A stretch of 62,459 nt of DNA, filler included, from Acidimicrobiia bacterium (GTDB taxonomy: Bacteria; Actinomycetota; Acidimicrobiia; Spongiisociales; CAZKJJ01), in the NCBI GenBank assembly GCA_046759765.1. It is 30 parts of 30 records of this genome, joined end to end, with 100 filler letters (N's around TTAATTAATTAA, not from the genome) between each part and the next. Parts side by side here need not be neighbours in the genome. Positions count along the whole stretch, not along the records: positions 18,503 to 20,655 come from JBHICV010000281.1; positions 20,756 to 22,898 come from JBHICV010000282.1; positions 22,999 to 25,139 come from JBHICV010000283.1; positions 25,240 to 27,378 come from JBHICV010000284.1; positions 27,479 to 29,614 come from JBHICV010000285.1; 25 more parts are not named here. One strand, 5' to 3'. The notes below the pieces were generated by a model that was given only the letters and a program-made list of their open reading frames with translations, made no database searches and was not told where the DNA came from. Of this stretch, positions 18,565 through 29,714 are shown piece after piece. A program made the position numbers and the translations under genes. Numbering within the stretch: position 1 is the first letter of the stretch; every line of letters starts with the position of its first letter.

Positions 18565-20397
18565 GTGCCGTCGGACCGGGAGCCGACTGACACTCTGCTC
18601 GCAGGCCGGCGGGCGCTCGAGGGCATGGCCGGGGTCGTGCTTCTCGAGGATTGGGTCTGGGACGAGCGGTCCGGGCACTGGGTGCTGCACTGCCTCTTAT
18701 CCGCAGATGTCGCCCCTGACGGTCCCGTTCCGGCCACCACCGAGTGGTACCTGCTCGTCAGCCCAGCCTATCCGTGGGGCCTGATCGAGTTCTACCCCGG
18801 AAAGACCGGCGGCATTGCTCAGACGTTCCCCCACCAGATGTACAACGCTGAGGGCCCGGCCGGTCAACTCTGGCGCACCGGCGACCTCTGCGTTCGAACC
18901 GGGATGCGGGCCGTTGAGCGCCATGCCTACGACTCGGAACCGTATGACGCGCATGGTCGGCTGCGGTGGAACTTCGAGCGTGCGCTCTCGTGGCTGTCCG
19001 CTGCCTCGCGGGGGGAACTGGTCCAGGCGGGAGACCCGTGCGAACTGCCCTCGCTGCCCGCATCGGCCTCTCAAGCCGCCGTGGTGTTCTCGGAGGGGAG
19101 TGACACCTTCGGCCTGTGGCAGGAACTCCCTGAGCGGTTCGGCTTGGTCGATCTGGTGCCCTTGCGCAGCAAGCGGGAACGCCTCCTGGTAAAGGCGTTT
19201 CGGTCGAGCGCGGGGCGCGCGCTCCTTGTCCCGGCCTGGGGAACCGGGTTGGAAGTGAACATGCCTGAGGGCGTCCATGTCGGAATCTGGTTCCGTCTGG
19301 AAGAGCCCCCGATCCTTCCGCCCTATCAGATACCCATGACCTGGCGAGAGGTGCGGGCCGCCTGCCAGGCCCAGGGGATCGAACTCGACGACGTTCTGAG
19401 GCCGGTCGTGGGCTCCCTGCGCGACGGGAAATCCCATGTCGCCCTGGTTGGGTTTCCCGTCCCGGCGCGGGCCGGCGAGCCGCCTCAGCAGATGCACTGG
19501 CAGGCCCTGAGGCTGCCCGTGCTCTCCCACGGTGCTCAAAGCATGTCCGGGTTCGGGCCGAGCGAAGTGGGGTACTGGCAGCGCGACCGCTCCCAGCTGC
19601 TCGACGAGGAGCCCATCGAGTGGCTGATGTCCGAGAACTGGCACCGAGAACAGATCACCACGCGCGGTCGATTGCCGGAGATGCTCCGGTCCAAGGCTGT
19701 CTTGTTGCTCGGGGCCGGCGCGCTCGGGTCGGCGCTCGGCGAACTGTTGGTCCGCGGGGGGACACATATGCTCACCATCGTGGACCACGACACGCTCGAG
19801 GCGGGTAACCTCGTGCGCCACACCTTGGGGCTTGCGGAAATCGATGAGGCCAAGGCCGAAGCCCTAGCCGACCGGCTGAATCGAGTGTCCCCGCATGCGT
19901 CGGTCCGGTATGTCAACGGCAGGTTCCCGAGGTTCGAGGGGGACGAGCCGGGCGTTTGGGAGTGCGATGTGGTCATCGACTGCACGGGAAGTGATGAGGT
20001 GCTCCACGACCTGAGGGCCTTCGAGTGGGACTGCCCGAAGCTCTTCTTCTCGGTCTCTCTCGGGCTTGATGCCCGGCGGCTGTTCTGCTTCACTGCCGCC
20101 GGTCGGACCTTTCCTCATCCCACGTTCGTCCGAATGACCCAGCCGTGGCTGGCCAAGGAGATCGAGGAGCATGGAGGGCGGGAGTTGCCGAGGGAAGGCG
20201 TCGGCTGTTGGAGCCCGGTATTTCCCGCGAGGATCGATGACATCTGGATGATGGCGGCCGTGGCGGTCAAGGATCTCGAGCAGTCCGTGGCGTCGCCTCC
20301 GAAGGAACCCGTGCTTCGGGTGTACGTCCAGGACTACAAGAGTGGGCTGTTCACTCGCGTTCGGCTGCTGCCAGAGGATGGCCATGCCGGGCGTTGA
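18565..20397 (+). CDS. Prokaryotic E2-like / ThiF(E1) fusion protein (CBASS Cap2-like)
   Basis: N-terminal YP..FPHQ..GDLC E2-like core; C-terminal LGAGALGS, DHDTLEAGNLVRH, IDCTG ThiF domain. Confidence 0.8.
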   Translation: MPSDREPTDTLLAGRRALEGMAGVVLLEDWVWDERSGHWVLHCLLSADVAPDGPVPATTEWYLLVSPAYPWGLIEFYPGKTGGIAQTFPHQMYNAEGPAGQLWRTGDLCVRTGMRAVERHAYDSEPYDAHGRLRWNFERALSWLSAASRGELVQAGDPCELPSLPASASQAAVVFSEGSDTFGLWQELPERFGLVDLVPLRSKRERLLVKAFRSSAGRALLVPAWGTGLEVNMPEGVHVGIWFRLEEPPILPPYQIPMTWREVRAACQAQGIELDDVLRPVVGSLRDGKSHVALVGFPVPARAGEPPQQMHWQALRLPVLSHGAQSMSGFGPSEVGYWQRDRSQLLDEEPIEWLMSENWHREQITTRGRLPEMLRSKAVLLLGAGALGSALGELLVRGGTHMLTIVDHDTLEAGNLVRHTLGLAEIDEAKAEALADRLNRVSPHASVRYVNGRFPRFEGDEPGVWECDVVIDCTGSDEVLHDLRAFEWDCPKLFFSVSLGLDARRLFCFTAAGRTFPHPTFVRMTQPWLAKEIEEHGGRELPREGVGCWSPVFPARIDDIWMMAAVAVKDLEQSVASPPKEPVLRVYVQDYKSGLFTRVRLLPEDGHAGR

Positions 20398-20655
20398 GTT
20401 TTGGTCCTCTGACCGGCGTTTCGGACTCCGGCTGGGTGAGGACGAGATCCAGTCCATCCGGGATCTGTGTGCGGCAGCGAAGACCCTGGAGACGGGAGGA
20501 ATCCTCATCGGCTTCTACACCCAGCCGCACGACTGTGCGGTGGTGACGGCAGTGACCGGCCCCACTCCCGACTCGCGTGTCGGGCTCACCTGGTTCTATC
20601 GCGGGGTGCGTGGTCTCCAGGACGTGCTCAATCGTCTGTGGTCCCGGAAGCGGCA
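20384..20655 (+). CDS. JAB/Mov34 peptidase (Cap3-like), 3' truncated
   Basis: ETGGILIG.Y..VTGP..DS..F.RG; overlaps the E1 gene. Confidence 0.85.
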
Positions 20656-20755
20656 NNNNNNNNNNNNNNNNNNNNNNNNNNNNNNNNNNNNNNNNNNNNT
20701 TAATTAATTAANNNNNNNNNNNNNNNNNNNNNNNNNNNNNNNNNNNNNNNNNNNN

Positions 20756-21808
20756 CTTTCCAGCCACCGGCCCATGCATAAAGCCATGGCCACTGAAGCC
20801 GCACGCCAGATAGAATCCCGAAACCTCACTCTCGCCCATGATGGGGTGGTTGTCCGGAGAGATGTCATACAGACCGGCCCAGCCCCGTACGATCTCTGCG
20901 CCCGCAAGGGCCGGCAGTCGGTGGGTGCCGGCCGCACGTACCTCTGAGACGATCTCCCAATCAACCTCAATATTGAAACTCGACACCCGATCAGTAGGCG
21001 CCGGGATGAGCGCCCCACCCTCCTCTGTCCGGAAGTACCAATTTCGTTGCACGTCGATCGTCACCGGGACGTCTCGACCTAGTTGGGCGAGGGGAGCAGT
21101 GACGAAGAGTTGGCGCCTCCAGGGGGTGACCGGGACCTCCACGTCCGCCATCCGCCCAACGGGACCGGCAGAGGGTCCAGCAGCATTGATCACGATCGGC
21201 GCCTCGATCTCACCGTGCCGGGTCGTGACCCCCTGGACCCGCCCTCCCTGAACAATCACTCCAGTAACCTCACAGTGCTCCCGAATGTCGACACCAAGGT
21301 CGGCCGCTCGCTCGGCATAGCCCCAGACAACCTGGTAGGGGGAGGCGTATCCATCTTCGGCCGTGTAGGTCCCCTCTACGAGATCATCAACCCGGAGGCA
21401 TGGCGCGAGAGATTGAATCTCGGAAGGCGAGAGGACTTCCACATGAACGCCGAGGTGTCTCTGCAGCTCCACCGCTTTCCGAAACCGTGTCCGCTCCTCC
21501 TCCGTGCTCAGCAGGAAGAGATACCCGATTTTCCGGAAGTCAGGATCCCATCCCGTCTCTTCGCGGAAGGTCTGAAACATCTTCAGGCTTTCGATGGAGA
21601 GTTGGATATGGATCTCGGTGAGGAACTGACGCCGGACACCGCCCGCCGATCGGCCAGTCGATCCGCCCCCGAGGTGTCCCCGTTCGAGGAGAACGATCTT
21701 GAGGCGGGAAGTCCGCGCCAGATGGTAGGCAATACTACAGCCGATGACGCCTCCACCGATGATGCAGACGTCTGCCCGCTCTGGCACGGCCGGTCCGTCA
21801 CCCCCCAA
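20756..21808 (-). CDS. FAD-dependent amine oxidoreductase (sarcosine oxidase beta / DadA family), 3' truncated
   Basis: [29 protein letters not shown]. Confidence 0.9.
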
Positions 21809-22844
21809 TGTAGGACATCTCGACCTTGTCGAGCCCCACCGTCTCGGCCGAACGGATCTCCGAGTAGCGGTCGGTGCGCGCCCGCCAGATCTCAGTGATG
21901 GCGCTCAAGATCTCGGTATCCGAGGTGCCCCCGCGCAAGAGCGCGCGCAGATCGTGGCCGTCGGTGGCGAAGAGACAGGTGTAAAGCTTCCCATCGGCGG
22001 AAAGGCGCGCTCGCGTGCAATCCCCGCAAAACGGCTGCGTCACCGAGGCTATCACGCCGATCTCGCCCCCGCCATCCCGATATCGCCACCGCCGTGCGAC
22101 CTCGCCCCGATAGTTCGGGTCGACCGGCTCGAGCGGCAGCTCAGCCTGGACTCGTCGAACGATCTCGGCCGCCGGCACGACATCGTCCAGCCGCCAACCA
22201 TTGGTGTGTCCAACGTCCATATACTCAATAAACCGGAGAACATGTCCTGTCCCGTGGAAGAACCGGGCCATGGGGAGAATGCTCGCCTCATTCATCCCCC
22301 GTTTGACCACCACGTTAATCTTGACCGGCTTGAACCCCGCCGCTTCCGCCGCCGCGATCCCTTCCAGAACGCTTTCCACGGAGAAGCCCACATCGTTCAT
22401 GGCCTGAAAGACCGCGTTGTCCAGAGAATCAAGGCTGACCGTGATCCGCTGGAGCCCCGCCGCTTTGAGCGCCTGAGCCTGCTGGGCAAGCAACGAGCCG
22501 TTCGACGTGAGCGTGAGGTCGAGCCCCGGAATACGAGCCAGCATTGCAATCAGGCTGTCTAGGTTGCGGCGCAGCAGCGGCTCTCCTCCGGTCAGGCGGA
22601 CCTTCTGCACCCCGAGGGAGTGGAACAGTTCGGCGAGGCGGGTGATCTCCTCGAAGGTCAGGAGCTCTGCGCGCTCAAGGAACGGGTAATCGCGGCCAAA
22701 GACCTCCTTCGGCATGCAGTAGACGCACCGGAAGTTGCACCGGTCCGTGACTGAAACTCGGAGATCACAGAGGGACCGGCTCAGGGTGTCGGTCACACCC
22801 TTGATCGGCCCCTGAACCGCATTGATATGCGCCCGGAAAGACAT
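21798..22844 (-). CDS. moaA: GTP 3',8-cyclase MoaA
   Basis: [19 protein letters not shown]-terminal MSYIGG. Confidence 0.97.
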   Translation of the reverse strand: MSFRAHINAVQGPIKGVTDTLSRSLCDLRVSVTDRCNFRCVYCMPKEVFGRDYPFLERAELLTFEEITRLAELFHSLGVQKVRLTGGEPLLRRNLDSLIAMLARIPGLDLTLTSNGSLLAQQAQALKAAGLQRITVSLDSLDNAVFQAMNDVGFSVESVLEGIAAAEAAGFKPVKINVVVKRGMNEASILPMARFFHGTGHVLRFIEYMDVGHTNGWRLDDVVPAAEIVRRVQAELPLEPVDPNYRGEVARRWRYRDGGGEIGVIASVTQPFCGDCTRARLSADGKLYTCLFATDGHDLRALLRGGTSDTEILSAITEIWRARTDRYSEIRSAETVGLDKVEMSYIGG

Positions 22845-23000
22845 TACCGTACCTCTGGGAGTTCAAGGTTCATATCGACGACCGATGACCGGCGACCGNN
22901 NNNNNNNNNNNNNNNNNNNNNNNNNNNNNNNNNNNNNNNNNNTTAATTAATTAANNNNNNNNNNNNNNNNNNNNNNNNNNNNNNNNNNNNNNNNNNNNGC

Positions 23001-23732
23001 ATGGCGATGCGGGAATGCATGTACTCCCACGGCTCCTCGGTCCAGGACGAGGACGGCAACCTCGTGCTCAACTCGAAGGAGACCCTGGAGACGATCAAGT
23101 TCGTCAAGGCCCTGTTCCAGGAGGCCATGACGCCAGAGGTGCTGGCCTGGGATGCTTCCTCGAACAACCGCTTCATGTTAGCCGGCAAGGGCTCGCTCGC
23201 GCTCAATGCCATCTCCATCACCCGGACCGGCGAGATCCAAAAACCGAAGAACCAGTATGTCGACAACATCTGGCTGGCCAAGGCTCCCGCAGGCCCGGTC
23301 CGTCGGATGGGCCTCGAGCACGTGATGAACGTCTACGTCATCTGGAAGTTCGCCGAGAACATCGAGGGCGCCAAGCAGTTCCTCGTCGACTACGTCGGCA
23401 ACTTCCGGCAGGGGTTCATCAACAGCGCGTTCTACAACTTCCCCTGCTTCCCGCAGACGGTGCCCGATCTGAAGCAACAGATCGCCCACGACGCCCAGGC
23501 CAACCCGCCGGACAAGTACGCGGTGCTGGAGGACGTACTCGATTGGGCGACCAACGTCGGCTATCCGGGCTATGCCAACGCGGCGATCGACGAGATCTTC
23601 AGCACCTGGGTGCTCAACACCATGTTCGCCAAGGCCGCGACCGGTGCCGAGACCCCGGAGGATTCGCTCAAGGCGGCGGTCAGGACTTGCGAGCGGATCT
23701 GGGCCAAGTGGAAGGAGAGAGGGTTGATGTAA
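23001..23732 (+). CDS. Sugar ABC transporter solute-binding protein (5' truncated)
   Basis: WDASSNN and AKQFL patterns; upstream of ATPase and permease. Confidence 0.8.
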   Translation: MAMRECMYSHGSSVQDEDGNLVLNSKETLETIKFVKALFQEAMTPEVLAWDASSNNRFMLAGKGSLALNAISITRTGEIQKPKNQYVDNIWLAKAPAGPVRRMGLEHVMNVYVIWKFAENIEGAKQFLVDYVGNFRQGFINSAFYNFPCFPQTVPDLKQQIAHDAQANPPDKYAVLEDVLDWATNVGYPGYANAAIDEIFSTWVLNTMFAKAATGAETPEDSLKAAVRTCERIWAKWKERGLM

Positions 23733-23883
23733 GCCCTGCGTAGGGACCTCTGGGTCCCGCGTCAACCGGCATACACGGCGGCTCGATGCGAAGGGGAGGC
23801 TCCGGCGCGCGGAGCCTCCCTCCTTTACGGCACCTTGAGGCGCCGCTAAACCCGTGATACGCCAGAGAGACCGAGGAAGAGCG

Positions 23884-24918
23884 ATGGCAATCGTAGAGAC
23901 CAGAGTCATTACCAAATACTTCGGCGACGTCCACGCGGTGGACGGCATCGATCTCGCCACCCGGGAAGGGGAGTTCCTCGTCCTCCTCGGGCCTTCGGGC
24001 TGCGGGAAGACGACGCTGCTCCGCATGATCGCCGGGCTCGAGGAGCCGACCTCGGGCGATGTGCTCATCGGAGGCCGAGTGGTGACCGACCTCCCGCCGC
24101 GGTCACGCAACATCGCCATGGTCTTCCAGAGCTACGCCCTCTACCCTCACCTCTCGATCTTTAGGAACATCGCGTTTCCGTTGCGGGCGCAGGGCATGGA
24201 CAGGGGAGCGGTCCGCGACAAGGTGGAGTGGGCCGCAGGCATCCTCGGCATCGGGCTGCTCCTGGACCGCCGGCCGCGTCAGCTCTCCGGGGGCGAGAGG
24301 CAGCGGGTGGCCCTGGCCCGGGCGCTGGTGCGCGAGCCCGTGGTCTTCCTCTTGGACGAGCCCTTGTCCAACCTGGATGCCAAGCTCAGGACCGCGGCGC
24401 GCGACGAGCTGCGGCAGCTGCAGCAGCGCATTGGAACGACGACCATTTACGTCACCCACGACCAGATCGAGGCCATGGGGCTGGGCGACCGGGTGGCGGT
24501 GCTCAATCTGGGCAAGATCCGCCAGATCGGGACTCCGGGGGAGATTTACGCCGAGCCGAAAGACACCTTCGTCGCTACCTTCATAGGCTCGCCGCCGATG
24601 AATCTGGTCGAACAGGACAACATGATCATCGGTTTCCGGCCGGAGCACCTCCTGCCTCGCGACGTGCAGGAAGAAGGGGAAGGCCTGGAGAGCGTTCCGT
24701 TCCGGGTGACGCGGGTGGAGAATTTGGGCGCCGACCACCTGCTCTACGGCGTGCTCGAGCCGCCGTTCCCGCAGGAGAAGGTCATCGCCAGGCTTCCCTC
24801 CACGGTGACGGTGTCGGTCCAACCCGGCGAGCGCCACGAGTTCGCGGTCAAGGCAAGCGAGGTCAGGCGCTTCGATCGACAGACCGGGCTCAGGGCCGAC
24901 GTGCCGAGACGAGAGTGA
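23884..24918 (+). CDS. MalK-type ABC ATPase
   Basis: GPSGCGKT, MVFQSYALYPH, LSGGE, DEPLSNLD. Confidence 0.95.
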   Translation: MAIVETRVITKYFGDVHAVDGIDLATREGEFLVLLGPSGCGKTTLLRMIAGLEEPTSGDVLIGGRVVTDLPPRSRNIAMVFQSYALYPHLSIFRNIAFPLRAQGMDRGAVRDKVEWAAGILGIGLLLDRRPRQLSGGERQRVALARALVREPVVFLLDEPLSNLDAKLRTAARDELRQLQQRIGTTTIYVTHDQIEAMGLGDRVAVLNLGKIRQIGTPGEIYAEPKDTFVATFIGSPPMNLVEQDNMIIGFRPEHLLPRDVQEEGEGLESVPFRVTRVENLGADHLLYGVLEPPFPQEKVIARLPSTVTVSVQPGERHEFAVKASEVRRFDRQTGLRADVPRRE

Positions 24919-25139
24919 TGGCAACCGTCGGCGGCCAGGTCCTCGCCGAAGTTCCTCCATGGCGGGGTCGTCTGCGTCACGTGCTCGACAGCGAGCGGTG
25001 GCTCGGCCGGTTCATGCTCACCCCGGCCATCCTCTACATCGCCGCCCTGGTGGGGTTCCCCTTCTTCTTGGCCCTGTTCTACAGCTTCAGCGACGTCACG
25101 GTCGGCAGCCCAGCCGCGAACGTCGTCGGCCTGAAAAAC
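24918..25139 (+). CDS. Sugar ABC permease (3' truncated)
   Basis: TPAILY..FPF..SFSD..VGLKN. Confidence 0.85.
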
Positions 25140-25774
25140 NNNNNNNNNNNNNNNNNNNNNNNNNNNNNNNNNNNNNNNNNNNNTTAATTAATTAANNNNN
25201 NNNNNNNNNNNNNNNNNNNNNNNNNNNNNNNNNNNNNNNAAGGCATGGCCTATCAAGTTGAGATCACGAGGGGACCTCCAGCAGCTGCGCCTGGCGAGGG
25301 ACGCAGTCCATCGTCAGGTGGGCGGGCTTGTAGCCGACTTCCGGACGAGGTTGGCATGAGCCGGAACAGTAGCGGGAACAACGCGACGGACCGAGGGCAC
25401 GTGTGATTTGCCGAGGCCTCCAAGGGCGTCTGCTGTAGCTTCGCTTGAGGCTAAGATTCGGCAGCACTGAAATTTCGAACACGACGATTTTGGGATTGAT
25501 ATGGGCAGGAAAGCTTGGGATCTGTGCGAGCGATGCTCCCATCTCTGGTATTGGCACAGGTCTCGTGCGAATGGCCTCTGGTGCGACATCTGCCACGACT
25601 ACTGTCCCAAGCTACGGGAGAGGGTGTCGTCGTCCGACATACAGACATACTGACTGTACGCTGCTCGATTTTCCTGATCTCGATCAAAGCGGCGAATAGG
25701 CCACGACCTCACCGGTCCCATCCTTTGACGTGAGACTTCTCCGAGAACCGTTGCCCGGGATCTGAATAGAGGAT

Positions 25775-26122
25775 TTATCTCCCTGCCGCCCTCGCCTTGG
25801 TACCTTCAGTGCCTCGTACGAGGGAGGCCCGGAAGGGATGCAGAGTGGCCTTGAACAGCCCGTGTTCGACGAACGGGTCTTCCTGCATGAACCGTCGCCC
25901 CTCCTCTTCGTCTTCCGCTTCGAAGATGACGATGGCTGGGCCGCTGCCATCCAGGCTCAAGCCAGCAAGAATCAGGACTCCGTCTTCGGCCGCCTTCCTC
26001 AACCGCCGGTAGTGCGCCTCGGCGATCCGGTTGTCCGCATCGGTCCAGGCGTCCGGGTCGGTGGCGAGCCGGGGCCGGTCGCCCGGCAGGAACCGATAGA
26101 CGTACTGCTGGCGGTCGGCCAC
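25775..26122 (-). CDS. YciI-like protein
   Basis: H..L..G..ILAG..EDPF. Confidence 0.8.
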   Translation of the reverse strand: MADRQQYVYRFLPGDRPRLATDPDAWTDADNRIAEAHYRRLRKAAEDGVLILAGLSLDGSGPAIVIFEAEDEEEGRRFMQEDPFVEHGLFKATLHPFRASLVRGTEGTKARAAGR

Positions 26123-26124
26123 CT

Positions 26125-26586
26125 TCAGGCGTCCCGAATGAGTTGGGCGAGGAGATCGAGGAACTCGTTCCAGTGGCTCTCTGTCGATTCCACGGCTTCG
26201 GTCGGAAGCTGCGAATGGGTGAGGGTGATCTCAGTCCCGTCTCCCGAAGCGGTGAACTCGATGTCCACGAGGCTGGGGGTGGGCGGCTCCCGCCAGTCGT
26301 TCTTCCAGTCGAACGTGTATGACAGCCTGTTGGGCTGGTCGATCTCGTGGTAGACACCATGAAAGACCCACGGGGTCCCATCGTCCTTCCCGGTTACACG
26401 GTGGTGGATGACTCCACCCGGCCTCAGGTCGGTGTCGATGGTCACATGGTTGTACCGGCGGCCAACACCCCAGGTGGCCAGCCGATCGGGATCAGTGAAC
26501 CAGTGCCACACCGTCTCCACGGATGCCGGCAGTTCCTTGCGAATCTCGGCCGTCACGAGTTGCTCTGTTTGCGTCGTCTGCGTCAT
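26125..26586 (-). CDS. SRPBCC/AHSA1 domain protein
   Basis: VW..FTDP..W, DLRPGG, GVYHEI..P.RL. Confidence 0.9.
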   Translation of the reverse strand: MTQTTQTEQLVTAEIRKELPASVETVWHWFTDPDRLATWGVGRRYNHVTIDTDLRPGGVIHHRVTGKDDGTPWVFHGVYHEIDQPNRLSYTFDWKNDWREPPTPSLVDIEFTASGDGTEITLTHSQLPTEAVESTESHWNEFLDLLAQLIRDA

Positions 26587-26909
26587 TGGCTTTTCTCCTC
26601 CTCGATAAGTGCTTCCAACGTGTCAAGTCGCTCTTCCCAGTGACGGTGAACGCTCTCGACCCAGGCTCCGGGCAGCGCAAGCTGCTCGAGGCGCAGGCTG
26701 CATTGTCGCGTTCGGCCAAGTCGGCGTCGCTCGATGAGCCCGGCCCGCTCCAAGACGTTAAGATGCTTGGTGACGGCCGGCTGCGAGATATTGAATTCCG
26801 ATGCAATCGCCATCACCGAGCGCTCTCTGCGGGCGAGGAGCGCGACGATTTGCCTTCGTTTGGGATTCGCCAGCGCTCCGAACACGCGGTCCAGCACACC
26901 GCTATGCAT
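26583..26909 (-). CDS. ArsR/SmtB-family regulator
   Basis: FGALANPKRR..SQPAVTKHLNVLERAGL. Confidence 0.92.
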   Translation of the reverse strand: MHSGVLDRVFGALANPKRRQIVALLARRERSVMAIASEFNISQPAVTKHLNVLERAGLIERRRLGRTRQCSLRLEQLALPGAWVESVHRHWEERLDTLEALIEEEKSQ

Positions 26910-26923
26910 AACTAGTTAGTTAT
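26908..26923. promoter_or_regulatory. Putative ArsR autoregulatory operator
   Basis: ATAACT-AGTT-AGTTAT inverted repeat at the arsR start. Confidence 0.55.
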
Positions 26924-27272
26924 ATAACATGTTCGATAGGCTGGTCAATGGCCGAACGCATCGAGCTTCGGCGAAGTAGCGGACTCGGCCATACAGAGCC
27001 TTTGCTGGGAAACCAACGAAAGGTTTTCACCAAGAGTATCGATCATGGGGCTAACGTCGACTCGCCCTTAGGATGATCATCGTCATGTTCTACCTGGGAA
27101 CCCAAGGGGGTCAGGCATTTCTCGACTTGGCAGATCATATCCCGCAAGTCGGGGCCCTCCGAGAAGACGGGGTTCTAGGGTTAAGTGACGAAGTCCTCAG
27201 GACGGGGAGGCCGAGGATGAATACGCCGTCTTTCCAGGACCCCAGCGCCTCTCCAGCGCGAGGCGCCCCTGC

Positions 27273-27378
27273 ATGACCGATCGACGCGTTCGCTACCAGG
27301 GGGCGATCGTGCGGGATCACCATATTCTCCTTCTCCACGGTCGAGAGGATTGGGGCCGAGGGCCACGCAAGTTTTGGT
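27273..27378 (+). CDS. Probable NUDIX hydrolase N-terminus
   Basis: RYQGAIVRDHHILLL..FW at the contig end. Confidence 0.45.
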
Positions 27379-27478
27379 NNNNNNNNNNNNNNNNNNNNNN
27401 NNNNNNNNNNNNNNNNNNNNNNTTAATTAATTAANNNNNNNNNNNNNNNNNNNNNNNNNNNNNNNNNNNNNNNNNNNN

Positions 27479-27798
27479 AAGCCGAGCCTGAGGTTCTCCT
27501 CGACTGTGAACTCACTGAAGATGTGCCGGCCCTCGGGGACCAGAGCCAGTCCGAGACGTGAGATCTTCTCCGGTGCCATGCCCCTGATCGATAGGCCACC
27601 GAGCCTCACATCGCCCGCAGACGGCCTAAGCACCCCCATGATGGCCAGCAACGTGGTCGATTTCCCTGCTCCGTTCGGACCAATAAGCCCGAGCACCTCG
27701 GCAGGCCGGACCTGCAGGCTGACACCGCGCACCGCCGGAACCGCACCGTAACGGACCTCGAGGTCGACGAGCTCGAGCGCCGGCTCATCCGTCGTCAT
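27479..27798 (-). CDS. livF: Branched-chain ABC ATPase LivF-like (3' truncated)
   Basis: GPNGAGKST, VPEGR.IF..TVEENL. Confidence 0.88.
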
Positions 27799-28564
27799 CG
27801 CCCCCCTCCATGGACGTGCCCAGGTAGGCGGTGGCCACATCGACGTTGCCTCTTATCTCGGACGGTGCTCCTTCTGCGATCGTTTTTCCCTGGTCGAGCA
27901 CGTGAATTCGGTCGCACACCCTCAAGATCAATGTGATGTTGTGGTCGATCAGCAGAACCCCGACCTCGTGCTCATCGCGTACCTCTCGGATCGTGGTGGC
28001 GAAGTCCTCTACCTCCAGCTCGTTCAGACCTGCCGCCGGTTCGTCCATAAGGACGAACCTCGGCTCGGTGCCGAGGGCGCGGGCAACACCCAGTTTCCTC
28101 TCGTGACCGTGGGGGAGGAATGCGGCAGGAGCCGACTCCAGGTCCACGAGACCCAGCAACCTGAGAAGGCGATCGGCTCGCAAGCGTGCCTCCCTGGAAG
28201 TGGCTCCGCTTCCCAACGCGGCGACCTCTACGTTCTCTCTGGTCGAAAGGCTCGAGAACGAGTGCGCGCCTTGGAAGGTGCGTGCCAGCCCATCACGCCC
28301 CCGACGATGCGGAGTCCAGGTCGTCACATCGCGGCCCTCCAGTCTCACCATCCCGGTATCGGGGGAGTCGAAGCCCGTGATGATGTTCACGAGAGTGGTC
28401 TTGCCGGCACCGTTCGGGCCGATAAGCCCTACGACCTCGTGGCGGGCTAGCTCCAGGGAGACATCATGGAGCGCGGTCACGCCCTCGAATGATCGGAAGA
28501 TGCGGATGGCCCGCAGGGTCTCTGCGGGCCATCCGTCAGTTCGCTCAGCTTGGTCGTCAGCCAT
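27785..28564 (-). CDS. livG: Branched-chain ABC ATPase LivG-like
   Basis: GPNGAGKT, ARTFQ, DEPAAGL. Confidence 0.9.
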   Translation of the reverse strand: MADDQAERTDGWPAETLRAIRIFRSFEGVTALHDVSLELARHEVVGLIGPNGAGKTTLVNIITGFDSPDTGMVRLEGRDVTTWTPHRRGRDGLARTFQGAHSFSSLSTRENVEVAALGSGATSREARLRADRLLRLLGLVDLESAPAAFLPHGHERKLGVARALGTEPRFVLMDEPAAGLNELEVEDFATTIREVRDEHEVGVLLIDHNITLILRVCDRIHVLDQGKTIAEGAPSEIRGNVDVATAYLGTSMEGGDDDG

Positions 28565-28567
28565 CCA

Positions 28568-29614
28568 TCAGCCGGGAATGGTCGCCGGCGAGGTGGCGGT
28601 CCGGGTCTCGACCAGCGCCGGCACGGAGTCGGTGAACAGCATCATTCGATGCGGCCTTCCAAACACTGTGTGGAACTGGTCACTGAAGCTGACCTCTCCG
28701 AAGATGAACTCCTTGTCTTCGAAGGTCTCGAAGAAGGCCGCTATCGCCGCAGCATCGGTGCCGCCCGTGGCTTCAGCCGCTTCGGCGAAGGCTTGGATCT
28801 GCTGCGCACCGCCGATGAACCCTCCGGTGGCGGGAGGTTGTCCGGCTCGTGCTGTCATTTCCTCTACGAATGCGGTCATCTCCGCGCTGGGATCGTCGCC
28901 GAAGACCGACGCGAAGGTGTTGTAGTAGAGGTTCGAGACTCCTTCTGGGATCCAGAAGGTGCCGTCGCAAGCCCACGAGCACACGATCGGTGTCTCATCG
29001 CCCAAACTGCGGAGACCGGAAACCAGCGCCGGCAGGTCCGCGAAGGCGGTCGAGATGGCGATGACGTCCTTGTCCGCAATGTTTGCCACCGCACTCACGA
29101 CGTTGCCGATCGTCCCGTCGAAACCAGTCCACTCCTCCTTGCCTATGACCGTTCCACCTAGCTCCGTGAAGCGGACCTCGAAAGCATCGACGACGTTCTG
29201 GAAGTAGACGAGAAGGTTGTCTTTGACGATCACTGCATTGTTCCAGCCCTGGTCACGGGCGAACTCGGCCAGCACCGCTCCCTCATCCTGCGCCATGTTG
29301 CCGAAGCTGAACGCGATCCGGCCTGGCTCACCGAGACCCTTCGGACCCTGTCGATCAGTACCGATGCACGGGGCGACGGCCAGAACGCCTCTGTTGACCG
29401 CCTCCTGGGACGCCGGCAAGGCGAAGTCGAAGTCACAGGTCACCATGAGCATCTGGGCTCCCGCATCGAGCAGCTCGATGGCCGTGGCCTTGGTCTGATC
29501 CGGATCCACAGTCGAGTCGAGCGTTCTCAGCTCGAGTGGTCGACCCAGCACGCCACCCGCGTCGTTGATCCGGTCGACCATGATCCCGGCGGCCGTGTTG
29601 GCAGGGCCGTTGAA
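28568..29614 (-). CDS. Branched-chain amino-acid ABC solute-binding protein (5' truncated)
   Basis: INDAGGVLGRPLEL motif. Confidence 0.88.
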   Translation of the reverse strand, partial: FNGPANTAAGIMVDRINDAGGVLGRPLELRTLDSTVDPDQTKATAIELLDAGAQMLMVTCDFDFALPASQEAVNRGVLAVAPCIGTDRQGPKGLGEPGRIAFSFGNMAQDEGAVLAEFARDQGWNNAVIVKDNLLVYFQNVVDAFEVRFTELGGTVIGKEEWTGFDGTIGNVVSAVANIADKDVIAISTAFADLPALVSGLRSLGDETPIVCSWACDGTFWIPEGVSNLYYNTFASVFGDDPSAEMTAFVEEMTARAGQPPATGGFIGGAQQIQAFAEAAEATGGTDAAAIAAFFETFEDKEFIFGEVSFSDQFHTVFGRPHRMMLFTDSVPALVETRTATSPATIPG

Positions 29615-29714
29615 NNNNNNNNNNNNNNNNNNNNNNNNNNNNNNNNNNNNNNNNNNNNTTAATTAATTAANNNNNNNNNNNNNNNNNNNNNNNNNNNNNN
29701 NNNNNNNNNNNNNN

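Noticed and set aside
25245..25740. MAYQVEIT.. RelE-like start and nearby short ORFs
   Set aside because: Similarity ends after a few residues; no supportable gene.
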